A DNA stretch of 64,000 bases from the human T2T-CHM13v2.0 reference genome, Homo sapiens (GCF_009914755.1 NC_060930.1), one strand, 5' to 3'. Positions 27,707 through 42,618 are shown, numbered from the stretch's first letter. Numbers and translations: made by a program. The notes: a model not told the origin generated them from the letters alone.

Positions 27707-27890
27707 CAGGTCTACCATACCTTATCTAAAATTTCAACGTCACCAAAGCTCTGGCAACTGAGAATTTTACTGTAAGTTTGGTACCAAAACTCATTGGTGG
27801 CAAAATCTAACCAGAGTTCATGTGAGGCTTTACATTCATCATATTTATCCCACTTCGAGTGAATATTCATATTTTGCTTTAATTATCAAC
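27707..27890. mobile_element. MER46C (TcMar-Tigger) fragment
   Basis: ccaaaactcattggtggcaaaatct...tttatcccactt...gtgaatattcata. Confidence 0.75.
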
Positions 27891-28452
27891 TTAGTTGTAG
27901 GATAGCTCTGCTGGGGAGGCAGTGGGTCTGAGAGCCACTACTAAGGAGGAAGTTTAGCCCTTCTCTGTCCAATGCTCCCCAGATTGCAGTTTCCTTGGGC
28001 ACAAAGCCATAGCTTGAACCACTTTGAGGCCCAGTAGCTTAGACGGAGCCCTGTGTGCTGAATGAATGGGAAAGTTCCTATCATGAAAAGGTGTCATCAA
28101 GGAGGTCCAAGTGACCTCCAGTTTTCAGAGTTGAGGAAGTTACCTCTGCCGTCATCACACCAGGCCACTGAACTCTCAGAGCAAAGACCAACTGGAAGTG
28201 AATGTAGAGATTACCCTTCCCCTCCTTAGAAAAAAAAAAAGATTAACTAAACTCTATCCTTTATTTCAGTTGCATAGTTTTTCTGTAATATCCTTTCTCC
28301 ACTTAGTCACCATGTCTCCTTAGACTCCTCTGGGCTGTGATAATTTCTCAGACTTTCCTTGGTCTTGATGACCCTGACAGATTTTTTTCCTTTTAGTTGG
28401 CATGTAATAATTGCACATATTTATGGGGGTACAGAGTGATATTTCAATACCA

Positions 28453-29048
28453 CTAATTTCTTAATTTTTCCACTTACAGACCAGTAATCTACTCACAGAC
28501 CAAGATACCTGCATCTGTATTATCACACTCAGCCATAATTTTGTCCAACTCTATTCTTCCATTTTTATCTTCTAGATCTTACCTAGTCAATCCAGGAAAA
28601 TCTCTCCTTACACCCTCTGTCTGTTTCAATTCTGAGGGAGAAATTGCCTAATTGGTAAGTAAAAGCTAGTATATATATTTATCTACTCAGACAGGAAAGC
28701 TACATATTTTTTATTATTTTATTTTATTATTTTTTTGAGACAGTCTCATTCTGTGGCCCAGGCTGGAGTGCACTGGTGACATCTCGGCCTACTGCCACCT
28801 CCGTCTCCCAGGTTGAAGCAATTCTCCTGCCTCAGCCTCCCAAGTAGCTGAAATTACAGGTGCCCGTCACCACACTCCGCTAATTTTTGTATTTTTAGTA
28901 AAGACAGGATTTCATCATGTTGGCAAGGCTGGTCTCGAACTGACCTCAAGTGATCCACCCGCCTCGGCTTCCCAAAGTGCTGGGATTACAGGTGTGAGCC
29001 ACCGTGCCCGTCCAGAAAGCTACATGTTTTTAGACTGAAATACCCACA
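28453..29048 (-). repeat. Inserted arm of inverted duplication 1 (contains an Alu)
   Basis: Inverted copy of 25626-25876. Confidence 0.93.
28706..29013 (-). mobile_element. AluS
   Basis: Full Alu; TSD gaaagctacat at 28695 and 29015. Confidence 0.97.
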
Positions 29049-29719
29049 TACATTGTGTAGCAATCAAATCAGGTTAATTAGCATATTCATCACCTCAAAC
29101 ATTGATCATTTCTTTATGTTGGGAACTTTCAAAATCCTCTCTTCTAGCTTTTCAATATATGCAATAAATTATTGTTAACTATAGTCACCCTACAGAGCTA
29201 CATAGAACATTATAACTTATTTTTCTTTTTTAGCTATAATTTTGTTTCTGTTAACCAACCTCTCCCTATCCTTCCCTCCCTCTATCCTCCCAGCCTCTAA
29301 TAACCATTATTCTGTTCTCTATTTCTATGAGCCCAATTTATGTTTTTAGCTTCTAGATGAGTGAGAACACGTGGTACTGATCTTTCTGTGCTTGGCTTAT
29401 TTCACTTAACATAATTGACCTTGACAGTTTTGAAGGGTAGTGGTCGGGTATTTTGTAGAATTCCCCTCTATTGAATATTGATGTTTTATCCTCTTGATTA
29501 GACTAGGATCATGGGTTTTTGGAAGGAAAACCACAGGTGGAATGCCACTTTTATCACACCATATTAGGGGTTATCCTTGACAGGGCTCTCCTTAGCTGAG
29601 GTGGTGAACTGGTTGCTATCTCATCATTCTCTGTATATCAGGACCCCTGCCAGCCTTTGATGCTCCAGGGTTATGCCTATTGCCACAGAATTCAGAGTTG
29701 AGTTTTGGCTGGCTCAGCT

Positions 29720-30160
29720 GTGCTGGCCTTGCCAGTGGAAAAAAAAATCCAACTCAAACCAACTCAAGAAAGGAATTTCTTGACTCATGTTTCTATAAAA
29801 CCCAGAATACTGTTTTTAGGCATGGCAAGATCCAGGAACTCAATCACAAGCGTTCAGAAACTCTCATGTATTGGCTGTGGTTTTTCTTGGGTTTCATTTT
29901 TAGGTTGGCCCTCTCCAAATTTTAGAAAAGATGATTCCTAGACATTCCGGAATCTTTGTGTGATCCCAGAGCTAGGCTTTTTAGAGAAGAAGAGCATGAT
30001 AATATGAAAGCCCAGCAGAAACCCCAGGAAAGCACCATGCTCAGCTCAGGTCCAATGCTTATTTCAGGATCAGCAGCAGGAAATGCGCCACTCTGATTGG
30101 TCAGGTGTGAGTCATGTGCCCACCCCCCTGCCCCCATCTAAAACCACGAGGACTGAAGAA
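29720..30160 (-). mobile_element. Old MaLR LTR (MLT1L/N-like)
   Basis: ccaactcaaacc...aggcatggcaagatccaggaactca...ctgattggtcaggtgtgagtcatgtgcccacccc. Confidence 0.65.
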
Positions 30161-30289
30161 GAAGAGCAAAGGGAGAGAAAGCTGAATGACAGTACACATA
30201 TGATGTCTTTAGTGACATCTAAAGTCCTTTGTTAAAATGGAATTAGTAATATGTATAGGGGGACTTTTGAGAGCAAAAAGAGAAAATTT

Positions 30290-30550
30290 ACATAATGTTA
30301 CCTACACTTAGTTCCATGGAAAGCCAGGTGCTTTTCTAAGCATTTCACATATACCAACTCACCTATTCTATAGAACTGCCCTAGGAAATAGACACCTTTA
30401 TTAACTTAATTTTACAGACAAGGGAACCCAGGCACAGAGAAATTAGGTAATTCTCCCACAGTTATATGACTGATAAGTGGCAGAGACAAGACTTGAACCC
30501 AGGTATTCTCACTCAGTATGTTCTTAACCATCTTATGATACTGTCTACTG
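30290..30550 (-). mobile_element. MIR SINE
   Basis: ttttacagacaagggaacccaggcacagagaaattaggtaattctccc...acttgaacccagg. Confidence 0.8.
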
Positions 30551-30556
30551 AGAAAG

Positions 30557-31331
30557 TCATATGGGAGGGGACAGGGAAGTGCTGGGTAGAGAAGGGGTGG
30601 GTCCCTGGTGAGGGCTCCACCCTCGGGCTTGTGCCCACAGACCTAAGTGAGAAAAGGAACTTCTGTTTTTGCGCCAAAATGTTGCATTTTCCAAGACCAC
30701 TCTGGCCTGCCATGCCCCCCACCCTGTGCCTATAAAAACCTGAGACCGTACCAGGCACAGGCACAAGCGGCTGGACATTGAGAGGAGCAGAGGAGCAGAA
30801 GGCTCAGACACCAGCAGGTGCCAGCAGGCCGTAGATGGCGGGAAGATGTGGAGTTTGGTTGGGGGTGGTTGGAGGAGAGTCTAGCCGCTGGGTGGCCCAA
30901 CTCCAGGGGAAGACCACCTTACCATTCCATCCCCCTTCTGGCCTCCCCATCCATCTCACTGAGAACTACTCAATAGAACCTTGCACTCATTCTTCAAGCC
31001 TACATGTGATCCGACTTTGCCGGTACACTAGGGCAAGAATCCGGGACACAGAAAGCCCTCTGTCCTTGTGATAAAGCAGAGGGTCTAATTGAGCTGATTA
31101 ACACAAGCTGCCTGCAGATGGCAAAAGCTGAAAGAGCACACTGTAACACGTGCCAGCTGGGGCTTCAGGAGTTGTAAACAGCCAACCATAGATGCTGTTG
31201 TGGGGTCGGAGCCTAAAAAGGCTCCCTATGACCTGCCGGTCTGCATGCTCCTCCTAGGGGGTCACTGAAGATGCAAGCCACACCCCTGTCGCATGCCCTG
31301 CGTGGGGGATAAGGGAACTCTTCCCGTTTCA
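30557..31331 (+). mobile_element. ERV1 solo LTR, MER50 family
   Basis: cagggaagtgctgggtagagaaggg...ctataaaaacc...gggaactcttcccgtttca; 4-bp TSD aaag. Confidence 0.85.
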
Positions 31332-31879
31332 AAAGCATTGGACAAAGTTAGTTTGCTGGATGTTTCCTTTGGGACCAAGGCCCATATGCAATTGCTGGGA
31401 TTGTTGGCTGTTATTAGTTCAGAGCTGAGTCCTCATCTGAATGGAGCAGCCGACCCCAGGGTTCACTCCATTCTTGGGGACAGCCTCCATCCAGTGACTG
31501 CCTGATGTGGAGATCAAAGGCCTGTGCTCCTGGTCCCTGTAGGGTCATCGCGATGCCAGAGCTTCCTATCAGACCAGTCAACATGCCCTTCAACCTCTTA
31601 CAGGTATCATTTCTGGGACCACTCCCAGTAAAACTTTTTCTTGCATAAAAATCTCATTTTAGAGTCTATTTTCCAGAAAACTCAACTCAAAGAAGCCAAC
31701 TGCTGTTCTTCATGCTTGTTCATTCCACAGGGTCTAGCATAATGAAATCGCAAATTGACTCCAAGATGAATGAATGAATGAAGATATATAGGCATTTCTC
31801 AGGAGGTGTTAAGATGAGACATATTGACCCCATTCTCTTCCTGATAAAAGGGCCTCAAAATACATAAAATATTGACTTA

Positions 31880-32175
31880 AGCCTTTGCTTAAGGGTCACT
31901 CTACTACAAAGCCTTTCCTTATCAACTGGTATAAAATTCCATCCCCCCTCTATTACTCTCAGTCCGTCTTACTCTGCTTTATTTTCTTATAACATTTATC
32001 ACCAAGTATCTTCCTCTCTCTTTGTATCTCTGTCTCTCAATTTCTCTCTCTCTAAATCTTTCTTTCTCTATATCTATTTCTAAATCTGTATTATCTCTAT
32101 CACCCATCTATATCTATCTTTAAATCTCTATTATCTATCTATTGATAAATATCTATAGATCTCTCTCTTTAAATT

Positions 32176-32221
<46 letters not shown>

Positions 32222-32355
32222 CTCCTTCTGCACCCAATGAGATACAAGATTCAAGAGAGGAAGAATTTCTATTTTGTTCATTTTATCCTCAGTGCCTACA
32301 TCAGTCTCTGGCTCATAGTGGGTGCTCATTAAGTATCTGCTGAATGAGTGAAAGC
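31880..32355 (+). mobile_element. L2 3' region interrupted by CT-rich and (CA)n tracts
   Basis: gcctttccttatc...ttttgttcatt...ctggctcatagtgggtgctcattaagtatctgctgaatga. Confidence 0.75.
32179..32219. repeat. (CA)n microsatellite
   Basis: Directly visible. Confidence 0.97.
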
Positions 32356-32372
32356 TGAAAACAAGGAGATTA

Positions 32373-32717
<345 letters not shown>

Positions 32718-32919
32718 TCACAGAAAGAATAAGCTGGTAGCACAGAGAACACCAGCAGCAGCCCTGCTGAGACATGTACCATGCTCTGAGGCTCAGACAA
32801 CAGCTGTGATCTACACAGTGCACCCCTTTCCTCCTGGGCACAGGCTTGTACTCTGACCTTGAGTCTATTTTCTTCAGACTTCCAAGTCTGGATCCTTTTC
32901 CACAGGCAATCTCGAGCCT

Positions 32920-33080
32920 GCTAATTACAGAGTGTGTGATTTTAGACAAATCTCTTCCTCTTTCAGCTTTAATTTTTCTGTCTGTAAAATGAGAATTCTG
33001 TGCTTCTTACCTGATAGGGACTAAATGCAATACCTTACATAAAGCTCTTAGGAGAGTCATATACACAGTATGCTCAATAG
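32920..33080 (+). mobile_element. MIR SINE
   Basis: tgtgtgattttagacaaatc...tctgtaaaatgagaat. Confidence 0.65.
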
Positions 33081-33339
33081 ATTCTCTGATTGATTGTGGT
33101 ATTTGTGCAATACTAGGAGATGTATGATCTGTTGGGGGTTTTACAGAGGGGATTTATGTTCTGGACTGGAGATTAGACAAAGATTAGACAACTTAGCTTC
33201 ACTAATTCTAAGTTTGTGGTTTGAGGTGACAATCTGAATGGAAACGAATTTGCTTTTTCTAACCAGAGCAAAGCTCACTCTGTTTTGATCTGAGTAGGGC
33301 ACTTTTCCTTAGAAACATACATACGTAGTTTTGCAATAC

Positions 33340-33490
33340 AGCACAGGGCAGTGGTTAAGAGCATGAACTCTGGAGCCAGATCACTTGGGTTTAATTTTTG
33401 GCTCTATAACACAGTAGCTATGACACTGGGCAGTTATGTAACCACCTTCTCCCTTGATTGTTTTAATCTTTAATATGGGGATAACAGAAA
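33340..33490 (+). mobile_element. MIR SINE
   Basis: gtggttaagagcatgaactctggagccaga. Confidence 0.8.
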
Positions 33491-33670
33491 AGGGAGTAGG
33501 TCTACTGCACTCAATTTTTCTTAGATCTTATAGATACCTGTTTGAGCCTGCACATGGACGGGTCTTGTCGCAACTGTCATGTGATGGCTAATTTATGATT
33601 GAATGTCTGGACAATAAAGCAAGATGATGCCAATGGGATTGTAAGTAAGTGCATTAAGAACTGGATGGTA

Positions 33671-34177
<507 letters not shown>

Positions 34178-34902
34178 TCACCCCAGTTTGATGTTCTCTA
34201 TAAACATGTGATGAAAGTGTATCCTTTGAGCTCTGTAGTAAATTGTGGTTTTTAAGATTTTTGTGTCCAGGTACCCAATTCTATCAGGCCTCTAACCTAG
34301 TCATTCATAGAATCGCTTCAGTTCTAGGTAGTTCTGGAGTGAACATTTCTTGTTTCTCTAATCACCTTTTACTTATCCTCTCCAAAGGAAGATAAATTGC
34401 TGATGGTTGAGTATGAATCTACTGGGCCATGTACAACACAATGGCTAGTTACGATGCCGCCAAAGTGAGAATCTGACTCGACTTTCTCTTGTGCTATAAA
34501 TCTGTAGGAAGGGAGAGGGATTTAGCACTGCCATTCTCTGGGAGCTAAGTGGACTGAACAGGATCTGCTTGTTTACCAATGCCTGATGGCATATATGAGG
34601 GAGATTTTGACTGCAGGCTGTCAAGTACAGACTTGGCGTTATACCCTGTTTTTATTTTATGCTTTTTTCAAAAAGATTAAACATCAGCCATTAGTGAAGC
34701 TGCTATTGCAATTGCCACTTGGGCTGGTGAACTTTGTGAATGTTCTGATAGGTTAGAATTGTGAGAAGTGAAAGTGAGGCAGGAGGGAATATTGATTCCC
34801 TAAACTCTAGCACTTCGAGATGTACAATTAAAAAAAAAATTTTTAGAAGTGGTGAGGGAAACACAGGTTGCTGAAATGATTTATTGAGAGGTAAGGCTAA
34901 CT

Positions 34903-35115
34903 ACACAGGGACATAGAATGTGGAATGATAATCATTGGAGACTTGGAAGGCTGGGAGGGAGGGTGGGGGATGAGAATTTACTTAATGGGTATGGTGTATG
35001 TTATTTGGGTGATAGATACACTAAAAGCCTAGAATTCACCACTATGAAATATATTCATGTAACAAAATTGCACTTGTACTGCTTAAATTTGTACAATTAA
35101 AATTTTTGAAAATAA
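34903..35115 (+). mobile_element. L1PB-type 3' end
   Basis: cattggagacttggaagg...tacactaaaagcctaga...catgtaacaaaattgcacttgtac. Confidence 0.88.
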
Positions 35116-35464
35116 AGGCAAATGTAAGCATGCTTTCTTTAAAAAATTGGGTGTTTCATTGAAAGATAGAAAAATTCTGCATCTTAAAAATTCCAGTTGG
35201 CCTTTTAGTTACTTTGTGGTCAATGATATTGTCTCACCTTTCCAATATCCATTGGAATAGTGATGGTATCTAGGAATACACAAATATAAATGATAGGAAT
35301 GCCCTGATCCAAGGGGCAGAGGTCTGTGAATGGCTCACAGCCACCTTTCATAGTTCAGGATCTGAAATTCTGTGTGTCAGGGGCATGTGGAAGTGGAAAG
35401 CACACATTTCCCTATCTGTGAAGTGTCTCTCTTTCCCTTGACTGGTCTGTGACTTCTCTTGGAC

Positions 35465-35537
35465 TCTCAAAGTTCAACCAATCAAAGATGAATTGATTCT
35501 CAAAGTTCAATCAATCAAAAATGAATTAATTCAAAGT
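35465..35537. repeat. 33-bp tandem duplication (2 copies plus partial)
   Basis: tctcaaagttcaaccaatcaaagatgaattgat / tctcaaagttcaatcaatcaaaaatgaattaat. Confidence 0.9.
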
Positions 35538-35892
35538 CATTAAGTTTGTAGCTTGTGCTATGTCTTTAGGCAACACTTGGGTAGTGAAAATAAAATAAAG
35601 AAAAAAAGCAAAAAGCAGTGCTTCTGAAGGGTGATATTGTTTCAAGAGATTAACAAAGATTTGTCATGCATTCCAGAGCTGTGGGGTGGCAGTGCACTGC
35701 AACTTGTTGTTAGAGCCTGCTTGTTGCTGCCATCAAGGTCAGGCTGTCTTTGCCACCCCTCAGTGCCCATCAAAATAATGCATCGATAACAAAAGCTGTA
35801 GCAGCTTGACTGACTTCTGCTGCACCCAGAAATTTTGGGGATAAACTACAAGGGGAAGCTTTGAATTTCTCTGGTGTGAAAGGATACCCTCC

Positions 35893-35919
35893 ATTTCCTG
35901 CTAATTAAGCCATATTAGG
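35893..35919. promoter_or_regulatory. SRE-like element: ETS site, TAATTA and CArG box CCATATTAGG
   Basis: atttcctg ctaattaag CCATATTAGG. Confidence 0.45.
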
Positions 35920-36521
35920 AGGAGGCAAAGATTTGTGGCAGATGAAATCAAAGCTGAATTGAGAACATTATTAACGAAAATTAATCTCTAAGCTCTCCTT
36001 CATTCCCTTTTCTCTAGACTAGCATGGTTTCTTTCTTTCTATATAGCCATTTTAATATTCAGGCACAATTTTCCTCTTAATATTCAACTATTGTTAGCAT
36101 GATACTTATATTTTTTATAGTATTTACAAGGTCTTTTAAATTAGTCTTTTTCACTGAACATTTATTTTTAAAATAATGTTTTTATTATGAAAAAATTATA
36201 TGATCATTATAGAAAATTTGGAAGCAAGTGGCAGTGACAAAACGTAATAATATATTAAGTTAATGATAGATACGAAATTTCTATAGCCCAGTTCAGGCCT
36301 CAATTCATCAATAAGGTTGCTTAGGGCCCAAAAGATTTTTTATTGTAGGTGTATTGCTATTATTGCATTTACCATGTTTTAAAAAATCAAATCATTACCC
36401 GTAGTCTCATTCAAGAGCAGGTGCACTTTCTTACTCATTTTTCTCCGTAAGTTTCTTTTAATCATCAGTTTTTTGCAGCTTCTTTGAGGTATAATTGACA
36501 AATATTAAAATCCACATATTT

Positions 36522-36805
36522 GTTTATTTTTATTTTGACTTTTTTATTTTTTAATTTATTTTTTCTTTTCATAGGTTTTGGGGGAGCAGGTGGTGTTTGG
36601 TTACATGAATAAGTTCTTTAGTGGTGATTTGTGAGATTTTGGTGCACCCGTCATCCAAGCAGTATACACTGTACCCTATTTGTAGTCTTTTATCCCTCAC
36701 TCCCTTTCCAGCTTCCCCATCACAGAGTCCCCAAAGTCCATTGTATCATTCTAATGCTTTTGCATCCTCATAGCTTAGCTTCCGAGTGAGAACATACGAT
36801 GTTTC
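36522..36805 (-). mobile_element. L1PB1 3' end
   Basis: caggtggtgtttggttacatgaataagttctttagtggtg; TSD aaatccacatattt at 36508 and 36806. Confidence 0.92.
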
Positions 36806-37062
36806 AAATCCACATATTTAAAGTGAACAATTTGATGAGTTTGAAATACATTTATATGTATCTGCGAAACCTTTACCCAAATTGGGTTAATTATCACCTG
36901 CTTCTCGCTTCTTCAGGCAACCACTGATTTCTGTCACTATAGATTAGTTTGCATTTTTGAGAATTTTATGTGAATGGAATCTTATTTTTTCTAACCTCTT
37001 TCTCTCAGAATAATTTTTTAGAGATTCCTCTATGTTGTTTTGTATATTTATAGCTCATTACC

Positions 37063-37232
37063 TTTTTTTTTTATTTGAAACAGGGCCTTGTTCTGTTGCC
37101 TCCACCTCCCGGGTTCAAGCAATTCTCCTGCCTCAGCCACCTGAGTAGGTGGGACTACAGGCACGCACCACCACGCCTGGCTAATTTTTGTGTTTTTGGA
37201 AGAGACGGGGTTTCACCATGTTGGCCAGGCTG
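37063..37232 (-). mobile_element. Truncated Alu
   Basis: Partial Alu; TSD agctcatt(a/-)ccttttt. Confidence 0.9.
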
Positions 37233-38814
37233 AGCTCATTCCTTTTTATTGCTGAGTAAGAATATGCTACAATTTTTTATCCATTTATCTATTGATGTAC
37301 ATTTGGCTTGTTTCTAGTTTTTGGCTACTACAAGTAAAGCTGCTATGAACAGTCATGTATATATTGTGTGGACATACACTTTCATTTCTCGTGGATAAAT
37401 AGCTAGGAGTAGAATGGTTAGGTCATATGGTGACTGCATATTTACATTTTAAGAAATTGTTTCTCAAAGAGGTTGAACAATTTTACATTTTCACTAGTAG
37501 TGTATGAAATTTCTGGTTGCTCCACATCCTTGAAAACACTTGATATAATCAGTCTTTTCAATTTTAGCCATTCTAGTGGTTATGTAGTGGTGTAGTTGAA
37601 CATTTTTTTCATGTGCTTATTTGCTATTTGTATATCTTTTTTGAAGTGTTAATTAAAATATTCTGCCCATTTTTAATAAAATTGTGGTGGTGGTGTTAGA
37701 GTTTTTAAAAAATGTATTCCAGATATCAGTCCTTTAACAGATACATTATTTGTAAAGATTTTCTCCCAGTCTAGGGTTTCTCATTTCCTTTTTAAAATAG
37801 TGTCTTTGGATAAAGTCTAATTTATGGTTTCTTTTTATTCCTGTATCCAAATCTTTGCCAAACTAAGGTCACTATGATTTTTTTTCCTATTGTGCTCTAG
37901 AAGTTTTATAATTTTAACTCTTGTATTTAGGCTTATGTTTTATTTTGAGTTAAATTTTGTATATACTAAGCGGTAAGAATCAAGGTTCATTTTTGTGCAT
38001 ATAGATACCAAGTTGTTCCAGAACCATTTATTGAAAAGATTATTCTTTCTCTTTTAAATTGTCCTGGCACCTTTGTCAACAATCCTAAATATGTGGGTCT
38101 ATGTTCTATTCTAATTCATTTATTGATCTATTTTTATGCGAATACCACACTGTCTTGGTTAATGAAACTTTGTAAAAGCTTTGAAGTTAGGCAGTACGAA
38201 CCCTCTGGCTCTTTTTTCAAAGTTGTTTTTCCAAAGAATTTTCTACAGAGTCAGTCGTGTTATCTGCAAATAAAGCCAGTTTTATTTCTTCTTTTCAAAT
38301 CTGGATGCTTTTCAATTTTATTTATTTATTTCCTATTGCATAGAATAAAATCTCCAGCACTGGATACACATGTTCTCTGTCATAAAGAGAGGTTATAATT
38401 CTCAACTAGAGGAAAGATTTATGAAATGTTCCTTGGTGTATAGCATTTTAGATTTCAGTTATAGAATGAGATTGTGTGCTCAGGATTACCTGTCTGCAAT
38501 GCCTGATATTTTCCTCTTGGGCAGGCATCCAACTAGTATCTGAGAGGGAAATCCAGTAGCCAGAAGGAAGGAATCTGCTTTACATTAATTCTCAGGACAA
38601 TATTATTTGACTATATACAGATAGGATAATGATGACATGATAATTATAGGCAGGAAAGCTATGAAAAATAAAGCTTGAAGTAGGATCTGAACACCTCGTT
38701 TTTGAAGGGTATCTCCAAATATTTTATTGGAATACCAGATATATGAATTTCTCTTAAGTTCATAGGCTTCAAACGTTCTAACAAAGCACAGTCCTGAAAA
38801 AATAACTTGAGGGG

Positions 38815-39040
38815 CTTCACCGAAGAAGATATACAAATGGCAAATAAGCACATGAAAAAAATGTTCAACCACACCAAACATTAGGGTAATGCAAAGTAAA
38901 ATCACAATGAGACATTACTACATACCCACTAGAATGGCTAAAATTAAAAAGACTGACCACATCAAGTGTTTTTAAGGATGTGGAGCAACCAGAAATATCA
39001 TACACTACTGGTATGTAAAATTGTTCAACCTCTTTGAGAA
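38815..39040 (+). repeat. Inverted copy of L1 segment 37461-37646 (inverted duplication 2)
   Basis: About 90% or more identical to the upstream segment; the terminal 28 bp are identical. Confidence 0.85.
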
Positions 39041-39629
39041 GTAGTACACATATGCACAGAGTCATATTAAAATGTTACCTATGCAACTGTCCTATACATT
39101 AAAGTTATTAAAAGATCTGAACACTTAGGAAAAGAGGACTGAATAAGCAATTAAGTATTTTTTTTCTTTTCCTGCAGGTGAAATTTCTCAGGATTAAAAA
39201 ATTCTCTAAAAACATCCTAAAGGAAATTTTTTTTCAACAATTTTTCTTCTATGAATTCACTTTTCAGTTCACATTTCTGGAGAAAAAAACTCAGTGAAAA
39301 ATTGATGAAAAATGTTCATCTAAATGGCAAAATATTCTAAGCTAAGCAAAAAGCATTTTTTAGATGCCAGTGATTGAGTTACCAAGGGTGGGTATTGGTT
39401 GCGTAGGATGGAGTGAGCCCAGGAGGTCCCGGCTAGGAGAGTATCACTACTGACCCCATCATATGCTGGGATTGTTGGGTTTGCCTAAGAGCAGCGGGGT
39501 TTCAGTTTATAGTACCTATCTCTCCCCACCCCAATCCTTTTGTGATCAATAGAATATATTAAAATGACAGCTTGCAAACTATGAAAAAGCTTGCAAACCT
39601 CACAGAAGAGAAGTCTTTAAAAACTATTA

Positions 39630-39742
39630 AAAATTTTAAAGACACAGGGTCTTTCCATGTTGCTTAGGCTGGTCTCAAATTCCTGGGCTTAAGTGATCGT
39701 CCTGCTGTGGCCTCTGTGTAGCTGCTGTGCCATTGTGCATGG
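39630..39742 (-). mobile_element. FLAM or AluJ monomer
   Basis: gacacagggtctttccatgttgcttaggctggtctcaaattcctgggc. Confidence 0.8.
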
Positions 39743-39858
39743 TGAAGATAAGTTTTTTAAAATTATTATTTTTGTTTTATTATACAAGTAGTATGAGTTC
39801 TTTGGGAAATCAATTTAAAAGCATATTTCGCTATCCAAGTAAACATAAAAATATGCAC

Positions 39859-40167
39859 TTTATTTTTATTTTTATTTTTTTTTTGAGATAGAGTCTCACT
39901 CTGTTGCTCAGGCTGGAGTACAGTGACGAGATCTCAGCTCACTAGCAAACTCTGCTTCCTGGGTTTAAGCGATTCTCGTGCCTCAGCCTCCGGAGTAGCT
40001 GGGATTACAGGCATGTGCCACCACATCTGGCTAATTTTTGTAGTTTTAACAGAGACAGGGTTTCACCATGTTGGCCAGGCTGGTCACGAACTCCTGACTT
40101 CAGGTGATCCAACTGCCTCAGCTTCCTAAAGTGCTGGGATTACAGGCATGAGCCATTGCGCCTGGAC
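39859..40167 (-). mobile_element. AluS
   Basis: Full Alu. Confidence 0.97.
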
Positions 40168-40189
40168 TACATATTATTTTTTTTAACGT

Positions 40190-42110
<1,921 letters not shown>

Positions 42111-42249
42111 TAGGTTGGAGGTTTTTTTCTCTTTTTCACTCATTTTTCTTCTTTCTCCATCGTGTTTGGAAAGAGGTATTTTGGTAAACTGGAGAACAGT
42201 GATAGCTTTGATATGCTAAACGCATCAGACTTATCCCAAGGAAACCTGT

Positions 42250-42618
42250 TGATATGGTTTGGCTGTGTCCCCACCCAAATCTCATTTTGAATTTTAATTC
42301 CAACAATTCCCACGTGTCGTGGGAGGAACCTGGTGGCAGGTAATTAAAACACGGGGGGTGGGTCTTTCCCGTGCTGTTCTCGTGCTAGTGGATAAGTCTC
42401 ACGAGATCTGACGGTTTTAAACACGGGAGTTTCCCTACACAAACCGTTTCTTTGCCTGCCGCCATCCACGTAGAATGTGACTTGCTCCTCTTCGCCTTCT
42501 GCCATGATTCTGAGGCCTCCCAGCCACGTCGAACTGTAAGTCCATTAAACCTTTTTCCTGTATAAATTATCCAGAGTTGGGTATGTCTTTATCAGCAGCA
42601 TGAAAATGGAGTAATACA
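42250..42618 (+). mobile_element. THE1A/B MaLR solo LTR, complete
   Basis: tgatatggtttggctgtgtccccacccaaatctc...gtaataca; 5-bp TSD cctgt at 42245 and 42619. Confidence 0.96.

Larger units (their letters stand above)
28381..29415 (-). mobile_element. L1MA 3' end, interrupted by the inverted copy and an Alu
   Basis: taataattgcacatatttatgggggtacagagtgatatttcaatac | atacattgtgt...tcacctcaaacatt; TSD tgaccYtgacag. Confidence 0.88.
28245..29620 (-). mobile_element. L1MC/L1MD 3' fragment hosting nested insertions
   Basis: catgtctccttagactcctct...gatgaccctgacag continues after 29416 as tgaccttgacagttttga...ggtattttgtagaat. Confidence 0.8.
36475..38360 (-). mobile_element. Old L1 (L1MB/ME) fragment with nested L1PB and Alu
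   Basis: Continuous antisense L1 3' UTR/ORF2 sequence (ttgaggtataattgac...ttttagccattctagtgg...caagttgttccagaaccatttattgaaaag). Confidence 0.88.
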
